Assembly: GCA_022394755.1 (NCBI GenBank)
Contig: JAGFCA010000028.1
Span: 3,237-67,236 of the forward strand
Direction of reading: 5' to 3'
Length of the DNA: 64,000 bases
From: Candidatus Poribacteria bacterium
GTDB lineage: Bacteria > Poribacteria > WGA-4E > WGA-3G
Of the stretch, positions 20,370 through 29,100 are shown in pieces. Below the pieces are notes generated by a model, which worked only from the letters and a program-made list of their open reading frames with translations, had not been told where the DNA came from and did no database searches. The translations under genes and the position numbers were made by a program. Position 1 is the first letter of the stretch, and the number at the start of each line of letters is the position of its first letter.

Positions 20370-21299
20370 TTATTCCTTGTTTTGATTCAATACTTGCGTG
20401 AATTCTTCCAGAGTTTCAACTTGCATTGCAACTTGAAACAGTTGTTTGAGGCGTTGGAGATTGCCAATCTTCTCCAAAGCAGGTTTTAAGGTTTGGACAT
20501 TTTCGGTTTGTAATCGTAAGGCGAGAGTCTCAAGGATTATCTCGCGTGTAGTTTCTTGAGCACCTTGCTGTATACCTTGTTGTATACCTTGTTGTATACC
20601 TTGTTGCCTTCCTCTTTCGCGTGCTTGTGGTGCTACGTATTCAACAATTGGCGGATTTTGCATGGTTTCCTCCGAGATAATATCTAAAATCGTTTGTGAA
20701 TCGTAAATTAAATTTCCCAAAATAGCCAAACTTCCGAGATATTCAGGCTTGTTCGGAACATCAATACTATCAGCTATTTTAACACACCTGCGAAGCCATT
20801 GTACAGAATCTATGTCTCCCGGATGCTGCATGAGTGGAGTGAAAGGGACCAAACCTACCAACTTTAAATCGAGTATCGTTTGTCCATCCATTTCACTTAG
20901 CCGGAAAACTTTGTATTCAATAGAAATATTATGGTTTTCCAGATTTTGTGTAAACTTTCCCGGGTCGTTTCTCCCCGCATCAGGACGAAGGTAAAGGACA
21001 TTGGAATACACAGGCATACGGTAGACTTCAACCGCTCTAATAATATACCCCGCCATCCGCAGTGGCATCTCCGGGTCATAACTATCAGTAGTTTGAAACT
21101 CAAAATGCACAAGCACTTCTGTCCCTTCGTAAAGGACTTTGATGAGAATGTCTGCTTGACGCATTTCAACGGTTGGTTGTTCAGGAGTAACAACCTCCAG
21201 TACGGTGATATTATCCAATCCAAATTTGAAGCAGAGATGGACGAAATCCTGCGGATTTGTCTCTACCTGTTTTTTAGAGGCAGTATCAAAACTTGCCAT
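20370..21299 (-). CDS. Rpn-family PD-(D/E)xK nuclease / putative transposase with DUF4351-like C-terminus
   Basis: Overall resemblance to YhgA/Rpn-like proteins. Internal QQGIQQGIQQGIQQG repeat linker. The C-terminus resembles the DUF4351 tail common in cyanobacterial Rpn-like proteins. Confidence 0.5.
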   Translation of the reverse strand: MASFDTASKKQVETNPQDFVHLCFKFGLDNITVLEVVTPEQPTVEMRQADILIKVLYEGTEVLVHFEFQTTDSYDPEMPLRMAGYIIRAVEVYRMPVYSNVLYLRPDAGRNDPGKFTQNLENHNISIEYKVFRLSEMDGQTILDLKLVGLVPFTPLMQHPGDIDSVQWLRRCVKIADSIDVPNKPEYLGSLAILGNLIYDSQTILDIISEETMQNPPIVEYVAPQARERGRQQGIQQGIQQGIQQGAQETTREIILETLALRLQTENVQTLKPALEKIGNLQRLKQLFQVAMQVETLEEFTQVLNQNKE

Positions 21300-21341
21300 C
21301 TGTATCCTTCACAGTTTCAATTATATGCATTTAGCCTTAAC

Positions 21342-22283
21342 TTATAATCCTTCATATATTATATTGATAACGAGTTTTGCTACAACTTCTAAACTCTTTG
21401 GACTACATTTATCAACAGTATCTTCAAGTGTATGCCAATACGGATAATCGAAGTCAATGATATTTACCATCGGTATACCTGCTTTGATTAAAGGCACATG
21501 ATCATCCATTATGGCATCCCCTAATTTGTGTTGAAATGGAGCTAAACCGAGTTTTTGTGCTCGCCGCCAGATAGCGTCCGTATATTCACGGTTTGCATTC
21601 CATGAAAATAGTTCAATAGGTATTTGCAGATCTTTGTCACCTATCATATCTAAAAGGATACCGTAATCAGGTTTCCATTTCCCCATGTTTTTCGCGAAAT
21701 ATCGAGATCCCAGAAACATCTGATCTCCTGTTTTCCCATAATCTTCACCATCAAACAAAACAATGATGACCCTTCGTGGGGGTGGTACTTCTTTTAATAC
21801 CCGGGCGACCTCCACCAAAACAGCAACACCAGAAGCACCATCATTTGCTCCCATAATAGGTTCCCGTTGCTTCTCTGGATTTGGATCTTTATCTGCACAA
21901 GGTCGTGTATCCCAATGTGCTGCAAGTAGAAGAGTATCGCTATGGTCATTACCAAATTCAGCGATAATGTTATTCATATGGAGTGTGATGCGTTCAGGTG
22001 GAATACTATTTGTATCTACATCGGATGTGTAGGGTTGGAGGGTCACAGTATCAGAGTATTTTTTGAGTTCCGAAAACAGATAATCTCTGGTCTTTCGATG
22101 TGCATCAGTGTTCGGCGGCCTGGGTCCAAATTCGCACTGTTTTTTAAGAATATCAAAGGCCCGATTACTATCAAAAAGTATTAATGGATCCTCAGAGGGT
22201 GAAGTTGACGATTCTATACATGCGATATTAAGTAATCCGCAATATAGAAATAAAAAAAGAAAGGCAATTCGTATAATTTTCAT
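21342..22283 (-). CDS. Secreted M28-family zinc peptidase / glutaminyl-cyclase-like
   Basis: Signal peptide. Metal-binding motifs HWDTR, GANDGASGVAVLLE and FDGEDYG. Confidence 0.7.
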   Translation of the reverse strand: MKIIRIAFLFLFLYCGLLNIACIESSTSPSEDPLILFDSNRAFDILKKQCEFGPRPPNTDAHRKTRDYLFSELKKYSDTVTLQPYTSDVDTNSIPPERITLHMNNIIAEFGNDHSDTLLLAAHWDTRPCADKDPNPEKQREPIMGANDGASGVAVLVEVARVLKEVPPPRRVIIVLFDGEDYGKTGDQMFLGSRYFAKNMGKWKPDYGILLDMIGDKDLQIPIELFSWNANREYTDAIWRRAQKLGLAPFQHKLGDAIMDDHVPLIKAGIPMVNIIDFDYPYWHTLEDTVDKCSPKSLEVVAKLVINIIYEGL

Positions 22284-22326
22284 CTCAACTCCAAATGTAT
22301 AAGCATTCGAATCTCTATTAAGGATC

Positions 22327-22926
22327 TTAGACTTCGCGTCTACCTTCTAATGCTTTTGCAAGAGTCACTTCGTCAATATATTCTAAATCTCCTCCAACGG
22401 GAATACCATACGCTATTCTGGTCACAGAGACCTGATATTGTTCAAGATGTTGTGTAAGATAAAGAGCCGTTGCTTGTCCCTCAGTATCCCAATTGGTAGC
22501 GAGAATAACCTCATTGACATTACCATTACCAACACGGTTGAAGAGGGAATCAATCCTCAGAGAATCAGGACCAACACCATCTAATGGTGATAAAACTCCA
22601 CCGAGCACGTGGTACAATCCAGGAAATATCTCAGTCCGTTCAATTGCCCATAGGTCATCCGGTTGTTCAACGACACATATTTTTTGTTGATCGCGTCTTG
22701 GATTTGAACAGATTCGACAGGGATTAATATCCGTTATAGTGCCACATGTATTGCAATCAGACAAGTTTTCTTTTACCTCTAAAATCGCCTCAGCAATCTG
22801 GTTAGTTTCAATATCTGGCAATGTTAACATAAAAAATGCTAAACGTTGTGCGGTTTTTGGACCAACAGTTGGTAATTTTTGAAGCTGCAGAATGAGCCGT
22901 TCCAATGGTTGTGGGTAGCCTTGCAT
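22327..22926 (-). CDS. recR: Recombination protein RecR
   Basis: N-terminal helix-hairpin-helix LPTVGPKTAQRLAF. C4 zinc finger CNTCGTITDINPCRICSN. Toprim domain. Confidence 0.95.
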   Translation of the reverse strand: MQGYPQPLERLILQLQKLPTVGPKTAQRLAFFMLTLPDIETNQIAEAILEVKENLSDCNTCGTITDINPCRICSNPRRDQQKICVVEQPDDLWAIERTEIFPGLYHVLGGVLSPLDGVGPDSLRIDSLFNRVGNGNVNEVILATNWDTEGQATALYLTQHLEQYQVSVTRIAYGIPVGGDLEYIDEVTLAKALEGRREV

Positions 22927-23057
22927 GTTTTGCCTAACGTTTAGATGGTACTTTATAAATGGCTATCTTTAGATGTCCTTATTTATATTTTTTAGGTGTA
23001 TTAGATTATTAATCTGTAATAACTACTAACTTGTATAGCGTAAGAACTGACGTATAA

Positions 23058-23363
23058 TTATGGTAATCCTGGAATTTTAAGACCGCCAGTGAGTTTGCTC
23101 ATTTCATCCGACATAAGATCTTGTGATTGTTGGAGTGCTTCATTTACGGCGGCAACGACCAAATCTTCCAACATCTCCGTGTCATCAGGATCAACAACTT
23201 CAGGTGTAATGCGTAGTGATACCAGCTCTTGCTGTCCATTCACAACGGCAGTGACCATACCACCACCGACTGTTGCTTCAATAGTCTGATTAGCGAGTTC
23301 TTCTCTAATTTCGAGCATACGTTTCTGCATCTGTTGTGCTTGTTTCATCAAGTCATTCATTTT
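23058..23363 (-). CDS. ybaB: Nucleoid-associated protein YbaB/EbfC
   Basis: LMKQAQQMQKRM...ATVGGGMVTAVVNG. Conserved dnaX-ybaB-recR order. Confidence 0.9.
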   Translation of the reverse strand, partial: KMNDLMKQAQQMQKRMLEIREELANQTIEATVGGGMVTAVVNGQQELVSLRITPEVVDPDDTEMLEDLVVAAVNEALQQSQDLMSDEMSKLTGGLKIPGLP

Positions 23364-23408
23364 CATAGTATCAAGTGTACCAGTTCTCAAAGAGAATTGG
23401 AAATCTCC

Positions 23409-25160
23409 TTATTGAGTATCTAATATTTTTGCGTCAAACAGTTCAAGCACAGGTCCGATCTGTTCATCTTCTTCAGCTTGCCGTTTACGCATCATAGGTG
23501 TAGTAGGAATTTCTTCAACATTTTCAGGTGCTTCTTCTGTGGGGGGTATTTCTGCCTTAACCAATTCAACATGTATAGGTTTACCGATAACATCAGAAAA
23601 AATCCGTGTGGTGTCTTTTATTGTTTCATCATCAACTAAAGAGAAACTACCGTGTGGACAAGATATCTTTATACGATCATCACCATCTTTTGCTGGGACA
23701 GCATCCTTAAATATACCGTGAATTAATAAGGGTGAAACCTCCTTAAGAATTGTTTTTACCTCATCCCAAATAGCCGGTAATTCATCTAAACTACGAACAG
23801 TTGCATGGTCAGATTTAACGGTATTTGTTTCTGAGGTATTATCCTCTGCATTAGGTTTTGGAGCGGGTTGTACCAGTGTTTCCTGTTTTTGTGAATCTTG
23901 TGAAGGACTATCTATATTTGAGGTTGGCTCGGGGGTATTACTTTGAGGGATATTTGAAATTGGTGGTGCTGAAGAAACATCGGAAGTTTCAATTTTCTGT
24001 TCAATTTCAATCAATTTTTTCACAATCTCATCAAGTGGAATTATTTCATTGATTGCATTAATTTGAACTAAAGCACTTTCAAGTTGTAATTGTGGGTATC
24101 CGTATTCTTTTATTTCACGGTTGGTGTGCATTAATATCTTTACAATCCGTGACAATCTCTCTACAGAAATTTGGTCTGCTTTTTCCTTAAGATTTGGTAG
24201 ATCGGACTTCGGACTCTGAACAAGTTCTTCAAGTTGATTATCAATTGCGAGCAGTCTTAGGTCGCGAAAATAAGCGATAAGTTGGCTAATACATTGTGCT
24301 AAATCCATACCCTGTTTAGACAACTTGTCTAATGTTGCCAGTCCAGCAGAAAGGTCTCGTCCAGTGATTGCTTCAGTAAGCTCGTGTAGTAGATAGCTTG
24401 AGCCAAGTCCGAGTGTTTCTTCCACATTTGTGGTGTTTAACTCTTTTCCTGCGGAAGCAACTAATCTTTCGAGTAAGTTTTCTGCATCCCGAAGACAGCC
24501 TTCAGATTGTCGTGCAATGAGAGAAAGCACATCTGTATCAGCTGAAATTTCTTCATCGTTAGCAATAAGTTGCAAGCGTTCAATAATCTGTTCATTGTCG
24601 ATATGACGAAAATCAAAATCTTGACAACGTGAAATGATGGTTTTAGGGATATTGGCGTGTTCAGTTGTCGCCATAATGAAAATCACATGGGATGGAGGTT
24701 CTTCAAGGGTCTTCAGTAATGCGTTGAAGCCTTCCGTTGTGAGCATGTGAACTTCATCAATAATGTAGATTTTATATTTATAGGCTGCGGGGGAAAGTTT
24801 AACATTTTCGCGCAGGTCTCTGATGGTATCAATTCCACGATTAGATGCTGCATCCATCTCTATGACATCAAAAGATGAGCCATTTGTAATTTCTTTACAA
24901 GCTTGGCATTCATTACACGGTTCACCGGTAATAACTTTTTCGAATTCAGTTTCTTTTGTGGGATTTTGACAGTTGACAGTCTTGGCAAAGAGTCGTGCAA
25001 CAGTAGTTTTACCTGTACCTCTTGGTCCCCAAAAAAGGTAGGCGTGTCCGATCCGTTCTGATCGGATTTGATTCTGTAACGTAGTAGTTACATGAGTTTG
25101 CCCAACAACGTCGTTGAAAGACTGTGGACGCCATTTTTGTGCGAGGACTTCGTATGACAT
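23409..25160 (-). CDS. dnaX: DNA polymerase III subunits gamma/tau
   Basis: N-terminus WRPQSFNDVVGQ. Walker A GPRGTGKTT. Zinc module CNECQACK. Length of 583 aa. Confidence 0.95.
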   Translation of the reverse strand: MSYEVLAQKWRPQSFNDVVGQTHVTTTLQNQIRSERIGHAYLFWGPRGTGKTTVARLFAKTVNCQNPTKETEFEKVITGEPCNECQACKEITNGSSFDVIEMDAASNRGIDTIRDLRENVKLSPAAYKYKIYIIDEVHMLTTEGFNALLKTLEEPPSHVIFIMATTEHANIPKTIISRCQDFDFRHIDNEQIIERLQLIANDEEISADTDVLSLIARQSEGCLRDAENLLERLVASAGKELNTTNVEETLGLGSSYLLHELTEAITGRDLSAGLATLDKLSKQGMDLAQCISQLIAYFRDLRLLAIDNQLEELVQSPKSDLPNLKEKADQISVERLSRIVKILMHTNREIKEYGYPQLQLESALVQINAINEIIPLDEIVKKLIEIEQKIETSDVSSAPPISNIPQSNTPEPTSNIDSPSQDSQKQETLVQPAPKPNAEDNTSETNTVKSDHATVRSLDELPAIWDEVKTILKEVSPLLIHGIFKDAVPAKDGDDRIKISCPHGSFSLVDDETIKDTTRIFSDVIGKPIHVELVKAEIPPTEEAPENVEEIPTTPMMRKRQAEEDEQIGPVLELFDAKILDTQ

Positions 25161-25302
25161 AGTTGATACCTTCGGTGGGAGAAATAAGATTCAACCTTAG
25201 TCCGTATCGTCAATACCAGTAACAACATTTCTGCGATTGCGTACACCGGAGAATGACGAATTGTAAGGAGTAAACACCACCGATCCGTTCAATAAATATA
25301 AT

Positions 25303-25572
25303 GGCTATGCACCCAGAGTTGACAAACCATTCCGGGCGTTTCCCATATCGTTTGCTCAAGTTAGGCTACCTTGCGTCACACGAAAAGACTTACCTGCCGC
25401 TGCTTCCTTCCGGACCTGACGGGATTCAACAAGCTATCGTTGCTCAAGACCCAACTATCAACGCCACGTGTATGGGACAGTCCCCACAAAGATAGGCCGC
25501 GTGCCGGGGATTCAGTTCTGCTATAGCGGATTGCAGATACAGGGCACCGCTACCTCCCCACTTAGCATAGCC
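25303..25572 (-). ncRNA. ffs: Signal recognition particle RNA, large (Bacillus scRNA-type, with Alu domain)
   Basis: The minus-strand sequence contains the domain IV core GUCAGGUCCGGAAGGAAGCAGC. It contains the 5' Alu-domain stretch GGGGAGGUAGCGGUGCCCUGUAUCUGCAAUCCGCU, nearly identical to the B. subtilis scRNA. The 5' GGCUAUGC and 3' GCAUAGCC ends pair as a terminal helix. The gene sits upstream of dnaX as in many bacteria. Confidence 0.85.
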
Positions 25573-25648
25573 AAACCGTAAAACTCATTCGTTGATGTGG
25601 TAAACGTCGGTTGGGTATTTCCTACCAACCGACGTTTTTTCTTAAAAC

Positions 25649-25740
25649 TGGCGGAGAGAGTGGGATTCGAACCCACGGTACTGCAAAACAGCACACATGC
25701 TTTCCAGGCATGCCAGTTCAGCCATCTCCTGCATCTCTCC
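25649..25740 (-). tRNA. tRNA-Ser (anticodon GGA), CCA encoded
   Basis: Manual fold: 7 bp acceptor GGAGAGA/TCTCTCC. Anticodon stem CATGC/GCATG with loop CUGGAAA. Long variable arm. T-arm GTGGG-TTCGAAT-CCCAC. Discriminator G. Confidence 0.8.
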
Positions 25741-25760
25741 AGAAAATACCATTGAATAAA

Positions 25761-25833
25761 TGGAGCAGACGGGAGTTGAACCCGTGACCTCATCCGTGCG
25801 AGGGATGCGCTCTCCCAACTGAGCTACTGCCCC
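25761..25833 (-). tRNA. tRNA-Ala (anticodon CGC)
   Basis: Acceptor GGGGCAG with G3:U70. Anticodon loop CUCGCAC. T-loop TTCAACT. No CCA encoded. Confidence 0.8.
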
Positions 25834-25876
25834 AATGTTATTTTAAAGAACGTAACAAACACCTAAATATCTAAAA

Positions 25877-25961
25877 CGGAGAGAGTGGGATTCGAACCCA
25901 CGGTAGCTTACGCTACAACAGTTTTCGAGACTGTCCAGTTCAACCGCTCCTGCATCTCTCC
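25877..25961 (-). tRNA. tRNA-Ser (anticodon CGA)
   Basis: Paralogous to the Ser-GGA gene. Anticodon stem ACAGT/ACTGT with loop CUCGAAA. Long variable arm. G73. Confidence 0.8.
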
Positions 25962-26040
25962 TTGTGGCTTTCAGCTTTAAACAAGCAATGTTCTATAACG
26001 CTAACCTGACATTTAGTTTTACAGTACATTATGAATTAAC

Positions 26041-26553
26041 TTAACGTCTGTCTTTAAAGAACGATTTCAAGACAGCACTACTCTCTTCAGCACAAACACC
26101 GCTGACGACATCAACTTGGTGATTCAGGCGTTCGTCTTGTAGTATATTATAGAGTGTGCCTGCTGCTCCTGCCTTCGGATCTGCAGTTGCGTAAACAATT
26201 CTGGGGATACGTGCTTGAACTATAGCGCCAGCACACATAGGACATGGCTCTAAGGTTACATATAGGATCGTATCCGTTAGACGCCAATTTCCAACCTCTT
26301 TTGATGCTTGCTGCATAGCGAGCATTTCAGCGTGTGCAATTGGGTTGCCAGTTTGTTCTCGTAGGTTATAGGCAGCTGCTAAATCCGTGTTGTTTTTAAC
26401 AATGATAGCCCCAACTGGGACTTCACCTTCTTCACCAGCTTGTTTTGCCAACAGTAGTGCCTTCTTCATCCACAGAATATCTTTTTCTAATGTGTGATTA
26501 ATAGCGGAAGATTCTGAAGGTGTCTGTATTTTGATTGATTCTTGAGCACTCAC
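26041..26553 (-). CDS. tadA: tRNA-specific adenosine deaminase TadA
   Basis: CDA zinc motifs HAEMLAM and PCPMCAGAI. Confidence 0.9.
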   Translation of the reverse strand: MSAQESIKIQTPSESSAINHTLEKDILWMKKALLLAKQAGEEGEVPVGAIIVKNNTDLAAAYNLREQTGNPIAHAEMLAMQQASKEVGNWRLTDTILYVTLEPCPMCAGAIVQARIPRIVYATADPKAGAAGTLYNILQDERLNHQVDVVSGVCAEESSAVLKSFFKDRR

Positions 26554-26574
26554 TTGTATGCCCTAAGATTCAAA

Positions 26575-26648
26575 AGCGCCTGAGAGGATTCGAACCCCCG
26601 GCCTTCTGATCCGTAGTCAGATGCTCTAATCCACTGAGCTACAGGCGC
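26575..26648 (-). tRNA. tRNA-Arg (anticodon ACG)
   Basis: Acceptor GCGCCTG/CAGGCGC. D-arm GCTC-AGTGGATTA-GAGC. Anticodon stem TCTGA/TCAGA with loop CUACGGA. T-loop TTCGAAT. Confidence 0.8.
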
Positions 26649-26779
26649 ATCTTCGCCAAAACGATGGCAATATAAATGAATTCAGTTGGATTTGACTATA
26701 TTGTTAAACCCAACCTTCAGCTTAGATCACGTATATAACACCAAGTCATAGGTATTGATACACGCTTCATAACAAAAAA

Positions 26780-26864
26780 CGGAGAGGGTGGGATTCGAAC
26801 CCACGATGGCTAACGCCATAACTGCTTAGCAGGCAGTCCAGTTCAACCACTCCTGCACCTCTCC
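26780..26864 (-). tRNA. tRNA-Ser (anticodon GCU)
   Basis: Acceptor GGAGAGG. Anticodon stem ACTGC/GCAGT with loop CUGCUAA. Long variable arm. G73. Confidence 0.8.
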
Positions 26865-26871
26865 AATAATA

Positions 26872-26959
26872 TGGCGGTGGGAGTAGGATTCGAACCCACG
26901 GTGACTTGCGCCACAACGGTTTTCAAGACCGCCGCTTTCGTCCACTCAGCCATCCCACC
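26872..26959 (-). tRNA. tRNA-Ser (anticodon UGA), CCA encoded
   Basis: Acceptor GGTGGGA/TCCCACC. Anticodon loop CUUGAAA. Long variable arm. T-loop TTCGAAT. G73. Confidence 0.75.
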
Positions 26960-26983
26960 ATTCTGTTTAAATAGCAAATTTTA

Positions 26984-27012
26984 ATTATAGCATAGACTAA
27001 CCCTTTTGTCAA
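26984..27012 (-). promoter_or_regulatory. Consensus sigma-70 promoter driving the minus-strand tRNA cluster
   Basis: The minus strand reads TTGACA, a 17 bp spacer, then TATAAT. The tRNA-Ser(UGA) 5' end is 24 nt after the -10. An AT-rich UP-like tract lies upstream of the -35. Confidence 0.6.
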
Positions 27013-27021
27013 GTGATTTTA

Positions 27022-27417
27022 AGGGCTCTGAGTATGTAAAGTTTTTGACATAAATAGCGTATTTTCCATGTGTATATTTATAGATTACAGTTATTGGTTT
27101 TCAACATACAGTTTACTATAGTATTACATCTAAGCTATTACATTATTAAAATGATTTTATCGTTTTTCCAACATAGTACATTTTATTAGATGTGAGACAA
27201 AAATGTTACACTTTTCCTACAAATTGTAGGATTGTATCTTGTTATTTGATTGCCTTTCCTATTAGTCCCTGTCTGGGTTTGTAGCGAATTAAACCTCTAA
27301 TTCTAAAATTTTAAAAAAGTTGCAATTTTGTAGTTTTCCTTGATGGCGCTGATTCTGTTTTTACTATTATTAACGTGAGTTTGATAAATCTAATTTTATT
27401 AATCAGTGCGGTTAGGA
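27022..27417. repeat. IR-L: left copy of an approximately 400 bp inverted repeat
   Basis: The reverse complement of 27022-27417 aligns to 62373-62420 plus 63040-63380 with only scattered mismatches. The match was checked block by block by eye. The copy contains the 13-mer AACGTGAGTTTGA at 27372. Confidence 0.75.
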
Positions 27418-28275
27418 AACCTTACCTACCGGCTCTTTCGGAGAGATATTCTTGAAATATCAAGTTATGCCATTTTTAATAACAGATGTCTCATTCAAAG
27501 AGTCGGGATTCGGAGATCCCTCCTACCAAAGAACAGAACACGAAATAAAGTCATAATGTAAATAAATCAATTGAAAATGGTATTATTTATCCTATTGTCA
27601 AACTCACGTTATTATTATTCTCATAACATAATATTTATCGGTAGATTCACTCCTGAAAAATCAGATTATTGGATTAGATTATAATACACTTTGTAGTACT
27701 ACTATGTATGATAATAATTCTCTCTATGTTATTGTAACGTGTATTTATTATTATGTCAATGTGTATTTATCTATATGGTATTAGTTGCTTTGTCATTTGT
27801 TTTCTTCAATTTATTTTTATGTATTATACATGTTGTCTGAAACGCTGATAGTCGACTGCTATTGTTCCTTATGTCAGAATCTCGTATTACACGGAGAAGA
27901 AGGCTTTAGGTAGTGATGGCTTTCTTTTCTGAATCACGGATGATACAGGATTACGCGGAGAAGGGTCTTGCTACATTTATTGTTTGATCCCCGAATCTGA
28001 ATAGGATTTCACACATTCCGCTCCTCGAATCAGAATCAGAAACAGGAATCAGGAATCAGAATCAACGGTATGAACCCCATTTAGGAGTTCCCCGGGTATG
28101 AATGCCGTAGGACATTCCCCGGAACTCAAAATATAAGATAATCCCTAATACAGACAAGCCATAATGAAAATCTATTACTTGAAAATGGTATTACATCAAA
28201 CTAACGTTATCAATACATCATAAAATATAGACGGTTTCTTACTTGGGTTTGTCCCAATACATCTGTAATCAAATC

Positions 28276-29100
28276 CTATTCCTTTACCACAACCTTGCTA
28301 AACATACTCCAGATTCCTAAGCCTGCCAGAATTGATAGATTTGGAAAAAGAAGTGGTGCCAAAATAGGAGCACCATAGAGGAATTTATCTATCTGTGTAA
28401 TACCAGGAGCTTGTAGATCTGTTGTCAGGTGGAGGAAAAAACCCAGAACGCCAACTATGAAGTTAATTACTAATACTATTATACAAAACCTAAAGAATAG
28501 GGGTTCGGGTGATATAAAAAACAGTGTTCCTAAACATCCTACTGCGAATGCGCTTGCAAAAACAGGTATCCACTCAGATGGATTGAAAAATCCGTTTTGT
28601 GCATGGTCGAAAACAGAGAGTATGAAATTACCGCACCATCCAACCCACGCTATAAACACAATCCATTGTGACCATTCTAAATCTTTATCACTAATCATTC
28701 TGTTCATAATCAAAAGAAGACCGATACCTGTAAAAGCGAGAGGTGCGACAAACGGAGCTGTATAGACAATGTTTTTGAGCGTTAGATCAGAGAAAAACTC
28801 ACTGCCGAGATGGAAGAACATACCAGAAACACCGATACCTATTGCACTTGCCCCTATAGTGAAACAGCAATAGTTTTTCCAGATCCGTGTTCTACCTAAG
28901 CGTACGATAGCGAGTAGGAGTGAAGCTCCTAATGCGAAGTAGAAAGGAATCCATTCCGCTGGGTGAGCAAATGCATTGACGGAATGTGCTATAAACACAT
29001 CAAGAGCTAAAAATGCGAGGTTAGCGACAATGAAAATATCAAGTATTTTGGCAGCTGATCCTTTACTATTTAGTAGCGTTTTGTCTGAGTTCTTGTGCAA
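28276..29100 (-). CDS. Integral membrane protein (about 8 TM) with an internal duplication and conserved His residues; possible b-type heme/quinol-interacting partner of the adjacent cytochrome
   Basis: Hydrophobic profile. Duplicated motif HPAEWIPFYFALGASLL / NPSEWIPVFASAFAVGCL. Conserved His in AHSVNAFAH, FFHLG, FDHAQNGF and HLTTD. The start overlaps the upstream gene end. Confidence 0.55.
   Translation of the reverse strand: MHKNSDKTLLNSKGSAAKILDIFIVANLAFLALDVFIAHSVNAFAHPAEWIPFYFALGASLLLAIVRLGRTRIWKNYCCFTIGASAIGIGVSGMFFHLGSEFFSDLTLKNIVYTAPFVAPLAFTGIGLLLIMNRMISDKDLEWSQWIVFIAWVGWCGNFILSVFDHAQNGFFNPSEWIPVFASAFAVGCLGTLFFISPEPLFFRFCIIVLVINFIVGVLGFFLHLTTDLQAPGITQIDKFLYGAPILAPLLFPNLSILAGLGIWSMFSKVVVKE

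Noticed and set aside
25596-25640. Strong hairpin ACGTCGGTTGG...CCAACCGACGT followed by TTTTTTCTT, which looks like an intrinsic terminator
   Set aside because: In the plus orientation there is no upstream plus-strand gene. In the minus orientation it sits between tRNA-Ser(GGA) and the SRP RNA with only a 3-U tail. It is more likely a processing or spacer structure in a co-transcript. I did not call it a terminator.
25521-25793. 90-aa minus-strand ORF from the track
   Set aside because: It lies entirely over the SRP RNA 5' end, the spacer hairpin and two tRNA genes. It is almost certainly not coding.
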